A DNA stretch of 64,000 nucleotides from an uncultured Aminicenantes bacterium. Its GTDB lineage: Bacteria; Acidobacteriota; Aminicenantia; UBA2199. This document shows positions 8,762 to 18,509 of this stretch, one piece after another (position 1 is the first letter of the stretch; every line of letters starts with the position of its first letter). A program made the translations under genes and the position numbers. The stretch spans positions 8,866-72,865 of the forward strand of contig CBDAFS010000059.1 of assembly GCA_965195285.1 (NCBI GenBank), written 5' to 3'. Under the pieces are notes generated by a model. The model did not search any database. It was not told the origin of the DNA and saw only the letters and a list, made by a program, of their open reading frames with translations.

Positions 8762-10618
8762 ATGAAAAAAAAATTCTGGATATATATATGTCTGGCGGTT
8801 TCAATCCTGGCAGCTCTGTTGTTGCTCTGGCCACGGATCGCGGGTTCCGGACCTGATTTCTACCGCGTAGAAATACAGGGGATTGATCCCGATCCTTCCC
8901 GGTTCCGGGTCAATAAACAGATCGGCAAGCTTTATTTTAAACGAAAAGACCGTGAGATTTTCCTGGAACATATCCCCAGTATCAGGGGCCAATATTTTTA
9001 TCTGAACGGAGAAAAGCAGATTCTCATTAAGCCGGAGATATCCGGGGATATCGGGTTTTATACCCACCTATACTTTCAGACCGTCATCAAACGAGAGCCC
9101 ATTGCTTTTATGCTGGAAAAGCTGAGCCGGGGTAAACGCCAGAAAATTACCGAGATTCAATACGGAAGGATGTCCCGCCCGCTGTTTCAGACCCTCAAGC
9201 TGAGAAGCGGGGACCGTCTGAATCTGAAATTCAAGGGAACCGGTGTCGTGTATTTCAGCCAACCCATTATCTACCGGAAAAAGCCTGTTCAGGAACAGAG
9301 TCATGTCTTCCTCATCGGGGTCGATACCCTCAGGGGTGATCAGATCGGATTGAAGGTCGGCGGAAAATCCCTAACCCCCAATATCGATCGGTTTTTAAAG
9401 GATGGAGTGTGTTTCAAAAATGCCTATGCCCAGAGTCCCTGGACCATCCCTTCCTTTATCAGTCTGTTTACCGGTTTGTATGAATTCAATCATCAGGTTG
9501 ATATCAGCCATCCACTGGACCTGGATAAAACCCTGCTAACTGAAAATTTATCAAAAAAATTCATTACCTTTGCTTTCCACGGCGGATGTGCCCTGGATGC
9601 CCGATGGGGTTATCACCGGGGCTTTGATTCTTATCAACTACTGGCTACTACCGGTCCCCTCTTCCCCGAGGGGGGGAAGGCCTTGTTCAACCGGACCATT
9701 TCATTTTTAAAACAATCTCAATTCCCCCGAGCGTTTTATTTCCTGCACACCTATCAGGTTCACTCTCCATACACCCCTCCTCGTGATTTTTTATACCGCC
9801 TGAATCCCAGGCCTAAAAATCTGGAATTAACCGCTATCTCTCACGGGAATCTGGCCGAAAAGTATGTACCGGTGGAACCAGAAATGAGGCACTCTCTGGA
9901 GGAATTATACCGGGCAGAAGTGCTGGCCTTTGACAGTTATTTCGGACAATTCATCCGGGATTTGAAAAAAATGAACCTTTATGATCGGTCTTTCATTATT
10001 TTGATGTCCGACCATGGTGAAGAGTTTTTTGAACATAAGGGATGGGAACACTGTCACAGTCTTTATGATGAGTTAATCCGGGTACCACTTGTCCTGAAAT
10101 TTCCCCGCAACCGGTTCCACAACCGGGAGATTGATGAACCGGTAGGGGTTATCGATATCATGCCCACTCTTCTGGACTATTACCGGATCCCATCCGATGG
10201 GATTGATATTGATGGAATCAGTTTACTGCCCTGGGTAACGGAGAACAGCGGAACCAAGCGGGAATATGTGATGAGCTCGGTTTCGGTCAGCCGCTACATA
10301 TTGGCCCTTCCCCCCAAACTGGCTTTCCGGTTTGGTGATTACAAGCTGATTTATAACTTTCCCCTTTCAGATGAGGATCAAAAGTTTTTTAAATATCCCC
10401 CTCCTCCCAGCTCCCGGATCGAATTATTTAACCTCAGTCAGGATCCCTTAGAGATTCGGAACATTGCCGGTCTGGAAGAGAAAAAGGTCAAGCGATTCCT
10501 GCCCCTCATACTGGATATTAAAAAGCGAATCCAGAAAACAATCAGGGAACGGTCCAAAAGACCTTTGAAGCTTGATAAAGAGGTTCAAAAAAAACTAGAA
10601 ACCCTGGGATATTTGTAA
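8762..10618 (+). CDS. Sulfatase-fold (alkaline phosphatase superfamily) hydrolase/transferase, membrane anchored
   Basis: GVDTLRGD, SPWTIPSFISLFTG, HTYQVHSPY, SDHGEEF, IDIMPTLL, ELFNLSQDPLE, LETLGY. Confidence 0.85.
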   Translation: MKKKFWIYICLAVSILAALLLLWPRIAGSGPDFYRVEIQGIDPDPSRFRVNKQIGKLYFKRKDREIFLEHIPSIRGQYFYLNGEKQILIKPEISGDIGFYTHLYFQTVIKREPIAFMLEKLSRGKRQKITEIQYGRMSRPLFQTLKLRSGDRLNLKFKGTGVVYFSQPIIYRKKPVQEQSHVFLIGVDTLRGDQIGLKVGGKSLTPNIDRFLKDGVCFKNAYAQSPWTIPSFISLFTGLYEFNHQVDISHPLDLDKTLLTENLSKKFITFAFHGGCALDARWGYHRGFDSYQLLATTGPLFPEGGKALFNRTISFLKQSQFPRAFYFLHTYQVHSPYTPPRDFLYRLNPRPKNLELTAISHGNLAEKYVPVEPEMRHSLEELYRAEVLAFDSYFGQFIRDLKKMNLYDRSFIILMSDHGEEFFEHKGWEHCHSLYDELIRVPLVLKFPRNRFHNREIDEPVGVIDIMPTLLDYYRIPSDGIDIDGISLLPWVTENSGTKREYVMSSVSVSRYILALPPKLAFRFGDYKLIYNFPLSDEDQKFFKYPPPPSSRIELFNLSQDPLEIRNIAGLEEKKVKRFLPLILDIKKRIQKTIRERSKRPLKLDKEVQKKLETLGYL

Positions 10619-10629
10619 GGGATTATCTC

Positions 10630-12753
10630 TCATATAAATTGTAGAAAAAGAAAAGCCTGCTTGGCCCGGGTCCGGGTGCGGATTTCAATCGGGAATACGG
10701 TCCTGTTTTTGATTTTGATGGATTTCAGTTTTCTCCATTCTATCGAAAAACGGTCGGTTTTTTGCCGGTCGGAGCGGAACAGTCTTGAGGTCTTGTTGGT
10801 CACCCATACTTCCACCTGATCGGTATTGGCAAAGACCAGGTTCAGGGATGGTCGCTGATCCCGGGGCTCTAGGAAAATCTTATAGGTGTTGCCGGCCAGT
10901 ATATTGAATCCCTGCTGGTCCGGGATAAAACGGAAATTTCTGGAATTGTTGAAAAAACTGATTTTATCATCCTGATAGCGGTTTTCGGGAATCAGGTGGA
11001 CATGGGGGTAAAAACAGAACAGGTAGGTCAGCAATAAAAAGAGAGACAATGAGATGAATACTTGTCGTTTTTTGGAGGGAAGGATCTTGTAAAATTTCAG
11101 ATAAAAGAGGATCAGAAAAACCAGTACTGATCCGATCCAAATATAATTAGCCAGGTGGGGAGATCCGGGTCTGGTTAGAAAAGAGGGGAACAACTTCCAT
11201 AGATTAACGATGCTGCTGCCCATGAACAACAAAAAGGTAGAGCCCCGCTGAGTGGAATAACCGAATACCGGCTGGTAAATAAACAGGGGATAGTAAAAAA
11301 GCCAGAACAGGACAAAAACGCTCAGACCGGTGAGTAGTTTAAAACCATATCCGTTCTGGTCCCGGTTCTGCTTAAAGTAAAAGTTGGCAATCCATATTAT
11401 GAAAATCCAGCTGACGAACATCAGGGGCCTGCCTGCCGGGGAATAGGCTCCGCGAACTGTGGTAAAGGCATGGAAAACAACATAGGGAACGGCAATCCAG
11501 AGCAAAATGTTCTGAAAGCGGATCCTGTTTTTGAATCCCAGGAACATGAGAAAAAATACCGGGCTGTAAAAAAGCAGTCCGTCTCGCTGATCCAGAAAAT
11601 AGGCCAGGAGGACTTTTACCCGCAATATCACCGGGACCACAAAATAATCCTGAACGGGAAAGATTTCAGCCGGGTTGAAAGTCTGGTAGAGGTACTTGCA
11701 GAAAAGCATAAGCAAAATGAAATTTGCCAGAGGAAAGATGAAAAAATGCAAGATCGGTTTGATTTGTCTGGTTTTAATAATTTTAATTAGGATGAACAGG
11801 GCCAAGACAATCAGGGCCGGGTAGTACTTTACATGAAACCAGGCAACCGATGACAAGAAAAATCCGGATAACCAGTAATTCGTTTTTTCACCGAAAGCAA
11901 ATATGAAGGCGGCCATCATCAGAGCGGCAGCCGGGAGTTCCGGATAGAGATGAATGGAATGAAAGACCAGAGGGTAAAGTCCCAAAAAAAGTATCCAGAG
12001 ACCGGTGATTTTTTTGTCCGGGAATTGAATCTTCAACAGGAAAAACAAGGCCAAACCGAAAAAGGCATTGATCAATCCAGCTACCAGACGGAAATACAAT
12101 GGAGCCGGGATGAGTCCGGCCAGCAGATTGAACAGGGCATAAAACGGTACCAGTAAAAATGATACTCCGGGCATGTGATAGGACCGGTATCGTCCGTCCC
12201 GGATTTTTCCGTGGAATTGAAGGTCAGCCGGCAGGTATTTATAGTAGGTTTTGTTCTGGATATTGTTGTCCAGGTTAAAATCATGGTCCTCTACAATGCT
12301 CTGGGCAACCATGATATAGTGAGGTTCATCTCCGGATAATTGGACACCCTGGAAATACAACAGAAACGAGGAAGCTGTAAATATCAGGAATGCCATCAAC
12401 CAGATGACCAATGGCTTTGCAGGGGGGGATGATAATTGGGGCCATCTGGGTTTCCCAGTCCTGGAGATATTGAATACATAAACAAGAAGGAAAAAGCAGA
12501 ACATTCTAATCTTGAAGTCTCCGATGGTTGAATAGTGAATCAGGATCAGGGGAGTCAGGAGCATGAAGTGATAAGGGTTGAAGAGTTTGCCCTTTTTAAA
12601 TCCAAACAGAAATTCCAGGAATACCATGACCGCGGTACTAAAAATCATCAGTTCAATACCCGAATGTCCGATCAACTGGGTGAGGTAAAATGCGCTCAAT
12701 CCGAACAAAATTCCGGCTTTACTGATAAAGGGCATGATATTCGCTACTTTCAT
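10630..12753 (-). CDS. Polytopic membrane protein, GT-C-like (PMT/ArnT-type) glycosyltransferase candidate
   Basis: Many TM helices, SGDEPHY after an N-terminal TM, FLDQRDGLL, C-terminal soluble domain; paralogous to 12898..15153. Confidence 0.6.
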   Translation of the reverse strand: MKVANIMPFISKAGILFGLSAFYLTQLIGHSGIELMIFSTAVMVFLEFLFGFKKGKLFNPYHFMLLTPLILIHYSTIGDFKIRMFCFFLLVYVFNISRTGKPRWPQLSSPPAKPLVIWLMAFLIFTASSFLLYFQGVQLSGDEPHYIMVAQSIVEDHDFNLDNNIQNKTYYKYLPADLQFHGKIRDGRYRSYHMPGVSFLLVPFYALFNLLAGLIPAPLYFRLVAGLINAFFGLALFFLLKIQFPDKKITGLWILFLGLYPLVFHSIHLYPELPAAALMMAAFIFAFGEKTNYWLSGFFLSSVAWFHVKYYPALIVLALFILIKIIKTRQIKPILHFFIFPLANFILLMLFCKYLYQTFNPAEIFPVQDYFVVPVILRVKVLLAYFLDQRDGLLFYSPVFFLMFLGFKNRIRFQNILLWIAVPYVVFHAFTTVRGAYSPAGRPLMFVSWIFIIWIANFYFKQNRDQNGYGFKLLTGLSVFVLFWLFYYPLFIYQPVFGYSTQRGSTFLLFMGSSIVNLWKLFPSFLTRPGSPHLANYIWIGSVLVFLILFYLKFYKILPSKKRQVFISLSLFLLLTYLFCFYPHVHLIPENRYQDDKISFFNNSRNFRFIPDQQGFNILAGNTYKIFLEPRDQRPSLNLVFANTDQVEVWVTNKTSRLFRSDRQKTDRFSIEWRKLKSIKIKNRTVFPIEIRTRTRAKQAFLFLQFI

Positions 12754-12783
12754 CTGAAAATTCCCCAGAATGATCTGGATTTA

Positions 12784-12872
12784 TTTCGAACTTCATTTTA
12801 ACATATCTGGCTTTTGAATGGCAAAATTATTCTGGTGTTGATTTGACAGGGAAAATGTATTCGACGTATAAT
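12784..12872. promoter_or_regulatory. Back-to-back sigma70 promoters between the two GT-C-like genes
   Basis: Plus strand TTGACA(12843)-18 nt-TATAAT; minus strand TTGCCA-18 nt-TAAAAT with extended TG. Confidence 0.55.
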
Positions 12873-12897
12873 GAAAATCACCACTGGATGTGGCCAG

Positions 12898-15153
12898 ATG
12901 ACGGAACGGACCAAACCTCTATTTCTGAAAATATCGATTTTGTCAGGGTACCTGTCTTTTATTTTTCATTTAAAAAAAATAAACCTGCTGCTGATTGTGT
13001 CCCTGGTGTTTTTGCTGCTGGTGATCATTACCGAATGGATGACGCGCCATTCCCACTGGTCCATCTTATTCCCCTTCTCATCCGGATTGCTGGTTCTGGT
13101 GATGAAATTTTTTTACTGGGATCAGTTTGATTTTGCCAGCCGGATCAATCATTTGATGATGATTGCCTTGGTCTTTTCTCTGGGGATTGCCTTCCACAAA
13201 TTCAGGTTATTGAAACTGTTTTCAAATTTTTTCAGCCGGCTGAAAATCAGGAAAAAGTTGATTTTTATTTTTGTTTTTTCTGAAATCGTCTTGGTGATGG
13301 CCTCGCTGGTCTTGGTGGAAAAGGGGATCACCCTGGTGGGGGACGAAGCCCATTATCTGGTGATATCACAATCCATTGCCCGGGATTTGGATTTAAATGT
13401 GTTCAACCAGTATGCCCGGGACCAATATAAAGACTTCATTCCCCAGCACCTTCAATCCCATGCCAAGGTGGGAAAGGGCTTCAAAAAATGGTATTCGTTT
13501 CATCTGCCGGGACTGTCTGTAACCCTGTCCCCGTTTTTTATCTTTAAACTACCCCAACCGCTGCTCTATGTTTTGATTCGGATCTATCTGGGTCTTTTTG
13601 GCGCTTTATTGGCGGTACTGGTTTATCTGTTTTCTATGAAGCTCTGGCAGAATGAGAGTCTGTCATTACGGGTGACCCTGGTATTCTGTTTGACCTCACC
13701 GGTTATTTTCCTGTCCATTCATATCTTTGCCGAGGTCCAGGCCTTGTTGCTGATTCTGAGTTCGGTGTATTTGTTGCTCTATGGAAAAAAAAATCCGAAA
13801 CTTTCGCTGATGCTGGCCGGTATTTTACTCGGACTTACGGTTTTCTGGGGCATGAAGTATGTCATCTTCATTTATATTCTGGGGATTGGTTTTACAGGTT
13901 ATTTCATCCGTAGGAAAGAATACCGGAAGATTTTTTGGTTTATTTTGTTTCCGGTTGTTTTTCAATTGCTATTCTTCTCGTATCTCTATCTGGCCTATGG
14001 GAATTTTTCGCCCATGTCCATTTACACCGGGGTTCTGAGCGAGAGTCAGGTTAGGGAATATTATGAAAACGTCAGGCAAATCAGCTTGAAAAACCGGCTC
14101 GAAACCCTGCTGGATTATTTTCTTGACCAGCGGGACGGACTGTTGCTCTACAATCCTTTTTACTTCTTTTTTTTCCCGGGACTGATAATTGCCATCCGTA
14201 AATTCAGGAAGTACGGACCCCATTTGCTGTTATCAGTAGCCAGTTTTGTCTATCTGTTATATCATGGGTTTTCCACGGTCCGGCCCGGGGTTTGTCCCCA
14301 GGCCAGGTACCTGGTCCCTGTATTGTGGACCCTGATGCTGTTTGCCATCATTTATTACCTGGAAACCCGTAACCGGTTCTTCAAAAAAATATTCTGGATG
14401 CTACCGTTCTACTCTTTTTTTGTGGTGGGCTTTCAACTGTTCAATCCCTATACCCTCTACCAGACCACCACCCATGATTATCTCTATCGCCCCGGTTTAA
14501 TGTTTCAGATGTGGAGCAGTATTCATCTGAATGTGTCGGGATTGCTTCCCTCCTTTATAAAGAGTGTTCCCGCTATACAGCTCCCTTATTTCAGGCCCAG
14601 CCACAATGAGGATTATATTCCCAATATCGTTGCCCTGTTGATTTTTCTGATCCTGGTGGTGATCTCCCTATTGCCCTGGAAACACGACCGGACCAGCTGG
14701 CTGGTTGCCGTGGCTTTTACCGGCCTGTTTGTCCTGTTTGTACTTTTCCCCAGAACTCCGCTATACAATCCGGTATCGGTCAACAAAAACGGGACGATCC
14801 CCCATTTGGTTCACGGTGCTGCTTTTCATCCTGGGAAAGTATCCCAAAAGAAATTCAACATTCGGGACAGCGGTGTCTTCAGATGTTTGATCTCCACTCG
14901 GAAAAAGGCAGGATATATCAGCCTGGAAGTGGAAAATGAGGGTGTCGATAAAATAACTGCCGATCTTTATAATTTTGATAGCAGAATTGAGGGAATCAAG
15001 GATCTGGATGCCGGGACCCGCAGGATTGTCATTGACAACCCTCGCTTCAGGAGTCTCTTTAACCGGTTTTTCTATCAATTAACCTTCAGGGTTAAAGGGG
15101 ATACCGGTGATCACCCGCGGTTATCCATTGAATGCCTTCCCTTTAAAAAATGA
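12898..15153 (+). CDS. Polytopic membrane protein, GT-C-like glycosyltransferase candidate
   Basis: VGDEAHY, FHLPG, FLDQRDGLL motifs shared with the divergent paralogue. Start moved to ATG 12898 because ATG 12871 overlaps the -10 box. Confidence 0.6.
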   Translation: MTERTKPLFLKISILSGYLSFIFHLKKINLLLIVSLVFLLLVIITEWMTRHSHWSILFPFSSGLLVLVMKFFYWDQFDFASRINHLMMIALVFSLGIAFHKFRLLKLFSNFFSRLKIRKKLIFIFVFSEIVLVMASLVLVEKGITLVGDEAHYLVISQSIARDLDLNVFNQYARDQYKDFIPQHLQSHAKVGKGFKKWYSFHLPGLSVTLSPFFIFKLPQPLLYVLIRIYLGLFGALLAVLVYLFSMKLWQNESLSLRVTLVFCLTSPVIFLSIHIFAEVQALLLILSSVYLLLYGKKNPKLSLMLAGILLGLTVFWGMKYVIFIYILGIGFTGYFIRRKEYRKIFWFILFPVVFQLLFFSYLYLAYGNFSPMSIYTGVLSESQVREYYENVRQISLKNRLETLLDYFLDQRDGLLLYNPFYFFFFPGLIIAIRKFRKYGPHLLLSVASFVYLLYHGFSTVRPGVCPQARYLVPVLWTLMLFAIIYYLETRNRFFKKIFWMLPFYSFFVVGFQLFNPYTLYQTTTHDYLYRPGLMFQMWSSIHLNVSGLLPSFIKSVPAIQLPYFRPSHNEDYIPNIVALLIFLILVVISLLPWKHDRTSWLVAVAFTGLFVLFVLFPRTPLYNPVSVNKNGTIPHLVHGAAFHPGKVSQKKFNIRDSGVFRCLISTRKKAGYISLEVENEGVDKITADLYNFDSRIEGIKDLDAGTRRIVIDNPRFRSLFNRFFYQLTFRVKGDTGDHPRLSIECLPFKK

Positions 15154-15196
15154 GGGTATCGGTAAAAAAAAATCAAATAAAAGGATTCAGACCGGT

Positions 15197-15961
15197 TTAC
15201 TTTTCCAGCTGCTTGATCAGGTCTCTGATATAGACCTTCAATGATTCGGTTTCGGCTTTGGTGAGTGCCTTTTCCATAATGTCCAGGGCCTTTCTCTTGT
15301 TTCCCATTTTGATGTAAACCTGGCCGAGGTTGATCAGTATATTCACATCATCTTCGGTTAGGAGCGAGAGTGCCTTTTTGTAATAGGCCAGGGCTTCCTG
15401 GTGTTTATTTTCTTTATCGGCGATGATTCCCTTGAGATTGTAGGTAGGTGCAAAGTTTTTATTTTTATTCAAGGCCTTATCGGTATAGCGTTTGGCAGAT
15501 TCAAGTTTGTTGTACTTCAGTTCCAGCATGGCCAGGTTGACGTATGCATTCTCAGGGGTGCGGTATTCTCTTGAGTTGGCGGCTTTTAGCAGATGTTCCT
15601 TGGCCAGGTCATACTTATTCAACTCGGTATAGATCAATCCCAGATTATTGTAGGTGTCGGAGAGTGCCGGATTTAATCGCATCAGCCTTTTAAAATAAGA
15701 TATGGATTTGGGAAAATCCCGTTTGTACATATACACCAGTCCCAGTCCGTTGAGAGCCCCTTCCAGGGTCGGACTTTTTGAAATGGCGGTTAGAAATTTT
15801 TTCTCCGCCATATCGATATTTCCCTCGTTGAGATAGAACAATCCCTGATTCATGATGTATTCAGGGGTTCCCGGTTGTGTTCTTCCCGGTATGGTGTTGG
15901 CTTTTTTTTTGCAGCCCAAAAAAGACAAAACAATCATGATGACAATTATAGATTTTTTCAT
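15197..15961 (-). CDS. TPR lipoprotein, PilF/PilW pilotin-like
   Basis: Lipobox FLGC, tandem TPRs, NNLG...EYRTPENAYVNL pattern seen in PilF/PilW. Confidence 0.7.
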   Translation of the reverse strand: MKKSIIVIMIVLSFLGCKKKANTIPGRTQPGTPEYIMNQGLFYLNEGNIDMAEKKFLTAISKSPTLEGALNGLGLVYMYKRDFPKSISYFKRLMRLNPALSDTYNNLGLIYTELNKYDLAKEHLLKAANSREYRTPENAYVNLAMLELKYNKLESAKRYTDKALNKNKNFAPTYNLKGIIADKENKHQEALAYYKKALSLLTEDDVNILINLGQVYIKMGNKRKALDIMEKALTKAETESLKVYIRDLIKQLEK

Positions 15962-17517
15962 TGGTTCCCCTTTTCTTTGATTACCTTATAGACGATTATG
16001 GGTTTTTTGATTCCATACAATTCTTTTTCTCCCAGGCATTCGAATTCAAAACGGTTCTTGGTCCTTTTGTGTACGGTTTCTGAAATCACAACCTCATCCG
16101 GTCCTGCCACTGAAGATTCGAGCCGGGAAGCGATATTGACGGTATTGCCCAGTACTGTATAGTCGAAGCGTTTGGGTGACCCGAAATCACCGGCAATCAG
16201 TTTCCCGGTGTTGATACCGATCCGGATTCTGATTTTTTTGGGTTCCGGGACCTTTGTATTCATTTCTTTTAGTTTTTGTTGCATTTCCAGAGAAGTGATG
16301 ATAGCGAGTTCGGAGTGATTTTCAACCGGAAAGGGCACACCAAAAACAGCCATAATGCCATCACCGAGATATTTATCCAGGGTGCCGTTGTATTTGAATA
16401 TGATATCTGTCATTTCGGTAAAAAAGTTATTCAGGAATATTCCGGTTTCTACCGGTTTCATGTTTTCAGCTTTGTGTGTAAATCCCACAATATCCAGAAA
16501 TAAAACCGAGGCATCGGATTCCTTGTAATCCAAAAATTCATTGGAGACATCATCCTGGGATTCCATGATTTTGGAAACCACTGATGGAGACAGGTAACGC
16601 TCCAGCCGGCTGCGGATTTTTTTCTCCCGGTTCAGTTTGTTCAGGCTGTTGATGCCCTCTATGGACAGGCCGGTAAAATTGGCAATTATAGACAGTATTT
16701 CCAGATCCTTTTCGCTGAACGTCTCTTCAAAGTGAGTGGTGTCGATATAAATCAATCCATAGATGGAATTTTTAGTCCATATGGGAATGGCCATGGCTGA
16801 CGTAATGCCATAAAGAATAATGCTTTCGGCTCCATCGAAACGGGAATCATCCCGGGTATTTGATGAAAGAATAGCCACTTTTTCCTTGATGGCCTTCATG
16901 GCAATGGTTTTGGATATGTTGACTTTTTTGACCCCTTTCCCCTTATCGGTCTGGCAGAGTTTCAGATGGATTTCATCCTGCTTTTCATCATAAGAGAATA
17001 TAAAAAGTCTTTTCAGATTGATATATTCAAAGATTAATTTTCCGATTTTTTCAAAGCTGTCTTCCAGGCTGGATGATGCAATGAGGTTTTTTCCCAGTTC
17101 GGTTAGTGAGGCCAGGAAATTCAATTCCTTTCCCTGGATGTCTGGCTTGGTTTTCACTTTCAATTCTTCAGAAAGCGGCAAAACCATTGATATTTTTTGA
17201 TCATCAACATCATAATAATTTTCCATTTTGGGAACCGGGAGGAACTTCAGGATGGTTCTGCCCAGGGCGATGTTGTCCCCCTTTTCCAGAATCTTTTCCT
17301 TGATCTGTTGTCCGTTGATATAGGAACCGTTGGTGCTGTTGAGGTCGATTAATTTATAACTGTCTTTTGTTTGCTGGAATTTGCAGTGTTTTCGTGAAAT
17401 AGTCTTGTCATCTAACTGGAGGTCATTTGCCGGTAGTTTTCCGGCGGTGATGACTTCGTTGGTGAGGTAGAAGGCTCTGACTTCATCGTTGACAAGGTAT
17501 TCTAGTTTAAATTCCAT
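15958..17517 (-). CDS. FHA-GAF-class III adenylate cyclase
   Basis: FHA (ISRKH, DLNSTNG), GAF (GLIYID), cyclase LFLDIVGFT, DKYLGDG, YTVLGNTVNIASRLE. Confidence 0.9.
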   Translation of the reverse strand: MEFKLEYLVNDEVRAFYLTNEVITAGKLPANDLQLDDKTISRKHCKFQQTKDSYKLIDLNSTNGSYINGQQIKEKILEKGDNIALGRTILKFLPVPKMENYYDVDDQKISMVLPLSEELKVKTKPDIQGKELNFLASLTELGKNLIASSSLEDSFEKIGKLIFEYINLKRLFIFSYDEKQDEIHLKLCQTDKGKGVKKVNISKTIAMKAIKEKVAILSSNTRDDSRFDGAESIILYGITSAMAIPIWTKNSIYGLIYIDTTHFEETFSEKDLEILSIIANFTGLSIEGINSLNKLNREKKIRSRLERYLSPSVVSKIMESQDDVSNEFLDYKESDASVLFLDIVGFTHKAENMKPVETGIFLNNFFTEMTDIIFKYNGTLDKYLGDGIMAVFGVPFPVENHSELAIITSLEMQQKLKEMNTKVPEPKKIRIRIGINTGKLIAGDFGSPKRFDYTVLGNTVNIASRLESSVAGPDEVVISETVHKRTKNRFEFECLGEKELYGIKKPIIVYKVIKEKGNQ

Positions 17518-18509
17518 TCCGGTTTCAGGCTCCTTTTCATCAGCTCCTTGATGGCTTTGATGGGTGATTTTTTATTGAACAGTATCTGAAATACCCCGGA
17601 TGAAATGGGCATGTCGATCATTAATTTCTCAGAGAGGGCCTGGATTGCCCGGGTGGTTTCAACGCCTTCGGCTATCATTACATTGGTTTTTTCGATCGAT
17701 TCCAGGGTTTCGCCCTGGGCAATTCTGATACCCAGCTGGAAATTTCTGGACAGGGTGCCGAAACAGGTCAGTATCAAATCCCCGATCCCGGCCAGACCCC
17801 AGAAGGTTTCTTTTCTGGCGCCAAGACTGATCCCGAATCTGGAGATCTCCATGTTGGCACGGGTGATGAGTGCAGAGGTGGTGTTGTATCCGAATCCGCA
17901 CCCGCTGGTTATGCCGGAGGCAATGGCCATAACATTTTTTAGCGATCCGGCCACTTCGATTCCGGTCAGGTCATTACTGCGGTATATCCTCAGCACATTG
18001 GATGAAAACCGGGTTTGAATGGTCTTCAGCAGGGATTCGTTGACTGAGCCAGCTACCACTGCTGTGGGGAAGTTCTGAACCAATTCCTTGGCAAATGAGG
18101 GGCCTGAAATGGTGATCCAGTTTTCAATGATATCCGTGCCCATGATGTCTGTGGCCAGCTGTGATATGGTTTTCAAGGATGTGGCTTCGAATCCCTTGGA
18201 AAGGTTAACAAGGATTTTGCCATCAACCATGTTTTTGATACGCTCGAAGGTGTAACGGATAAACTTGGAAGGAACTGCAAAGATAATAATATCAGCGGCC
18301 CGGGTTTCTGATTCAAGATCGGATATGGGGATCAGGTTTTCTGAAAGTTTGGTTCCGGGCAGAAACACATGATTTTCCCGTCTGGATTTGATGGAATCAA
18401 TAATTTCCTCTTCTCTTACCCACATTTTAACCGGTTTGTTTTTGAGGGTCAGGTAATTGGCAAAAGCCGTTCCCCATGAACCCCCACCAATTACCAGTAT
18501 ATCAGCCAT
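17502..18509 (-). CDS. gpsA: NAD(P)H-dependent glycerol-3-phosphate dehydrogenase
   Basis: GGGSWGTA, SKG, SGPSFA, LKNVMAI, GIGDLILTC, SRN. Confidence 0.96.
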   Translation of the reverse strand: MADILVIGGGSWGTAFANYLTLKNKPVKMWVREEEIIDSIKSRRENHVFLPGTKLSENLIPISDLESETRAADIIIFAVPSKFIRYTFERIKNMVDGKILVNLSKGFEATSLKTISQLATDIMGTDIIENWITISGPSFAKELVQNFPTAVVAGSVNESLLKTIQTRFSSNVLRIYRSNDLTGIEVAGSLKNVMAIASGITSGCGFGYNTTSALITRANMEISRFGISLGARKETFWGLAGIGDLILTCFGTLSRNFQLGIRIAQGETLESIEKTNVMIAEGVETTRAIQALSEKLMIDMPISSGVFQILFNKKSPIKAIKELMKRSLKPEWNLN

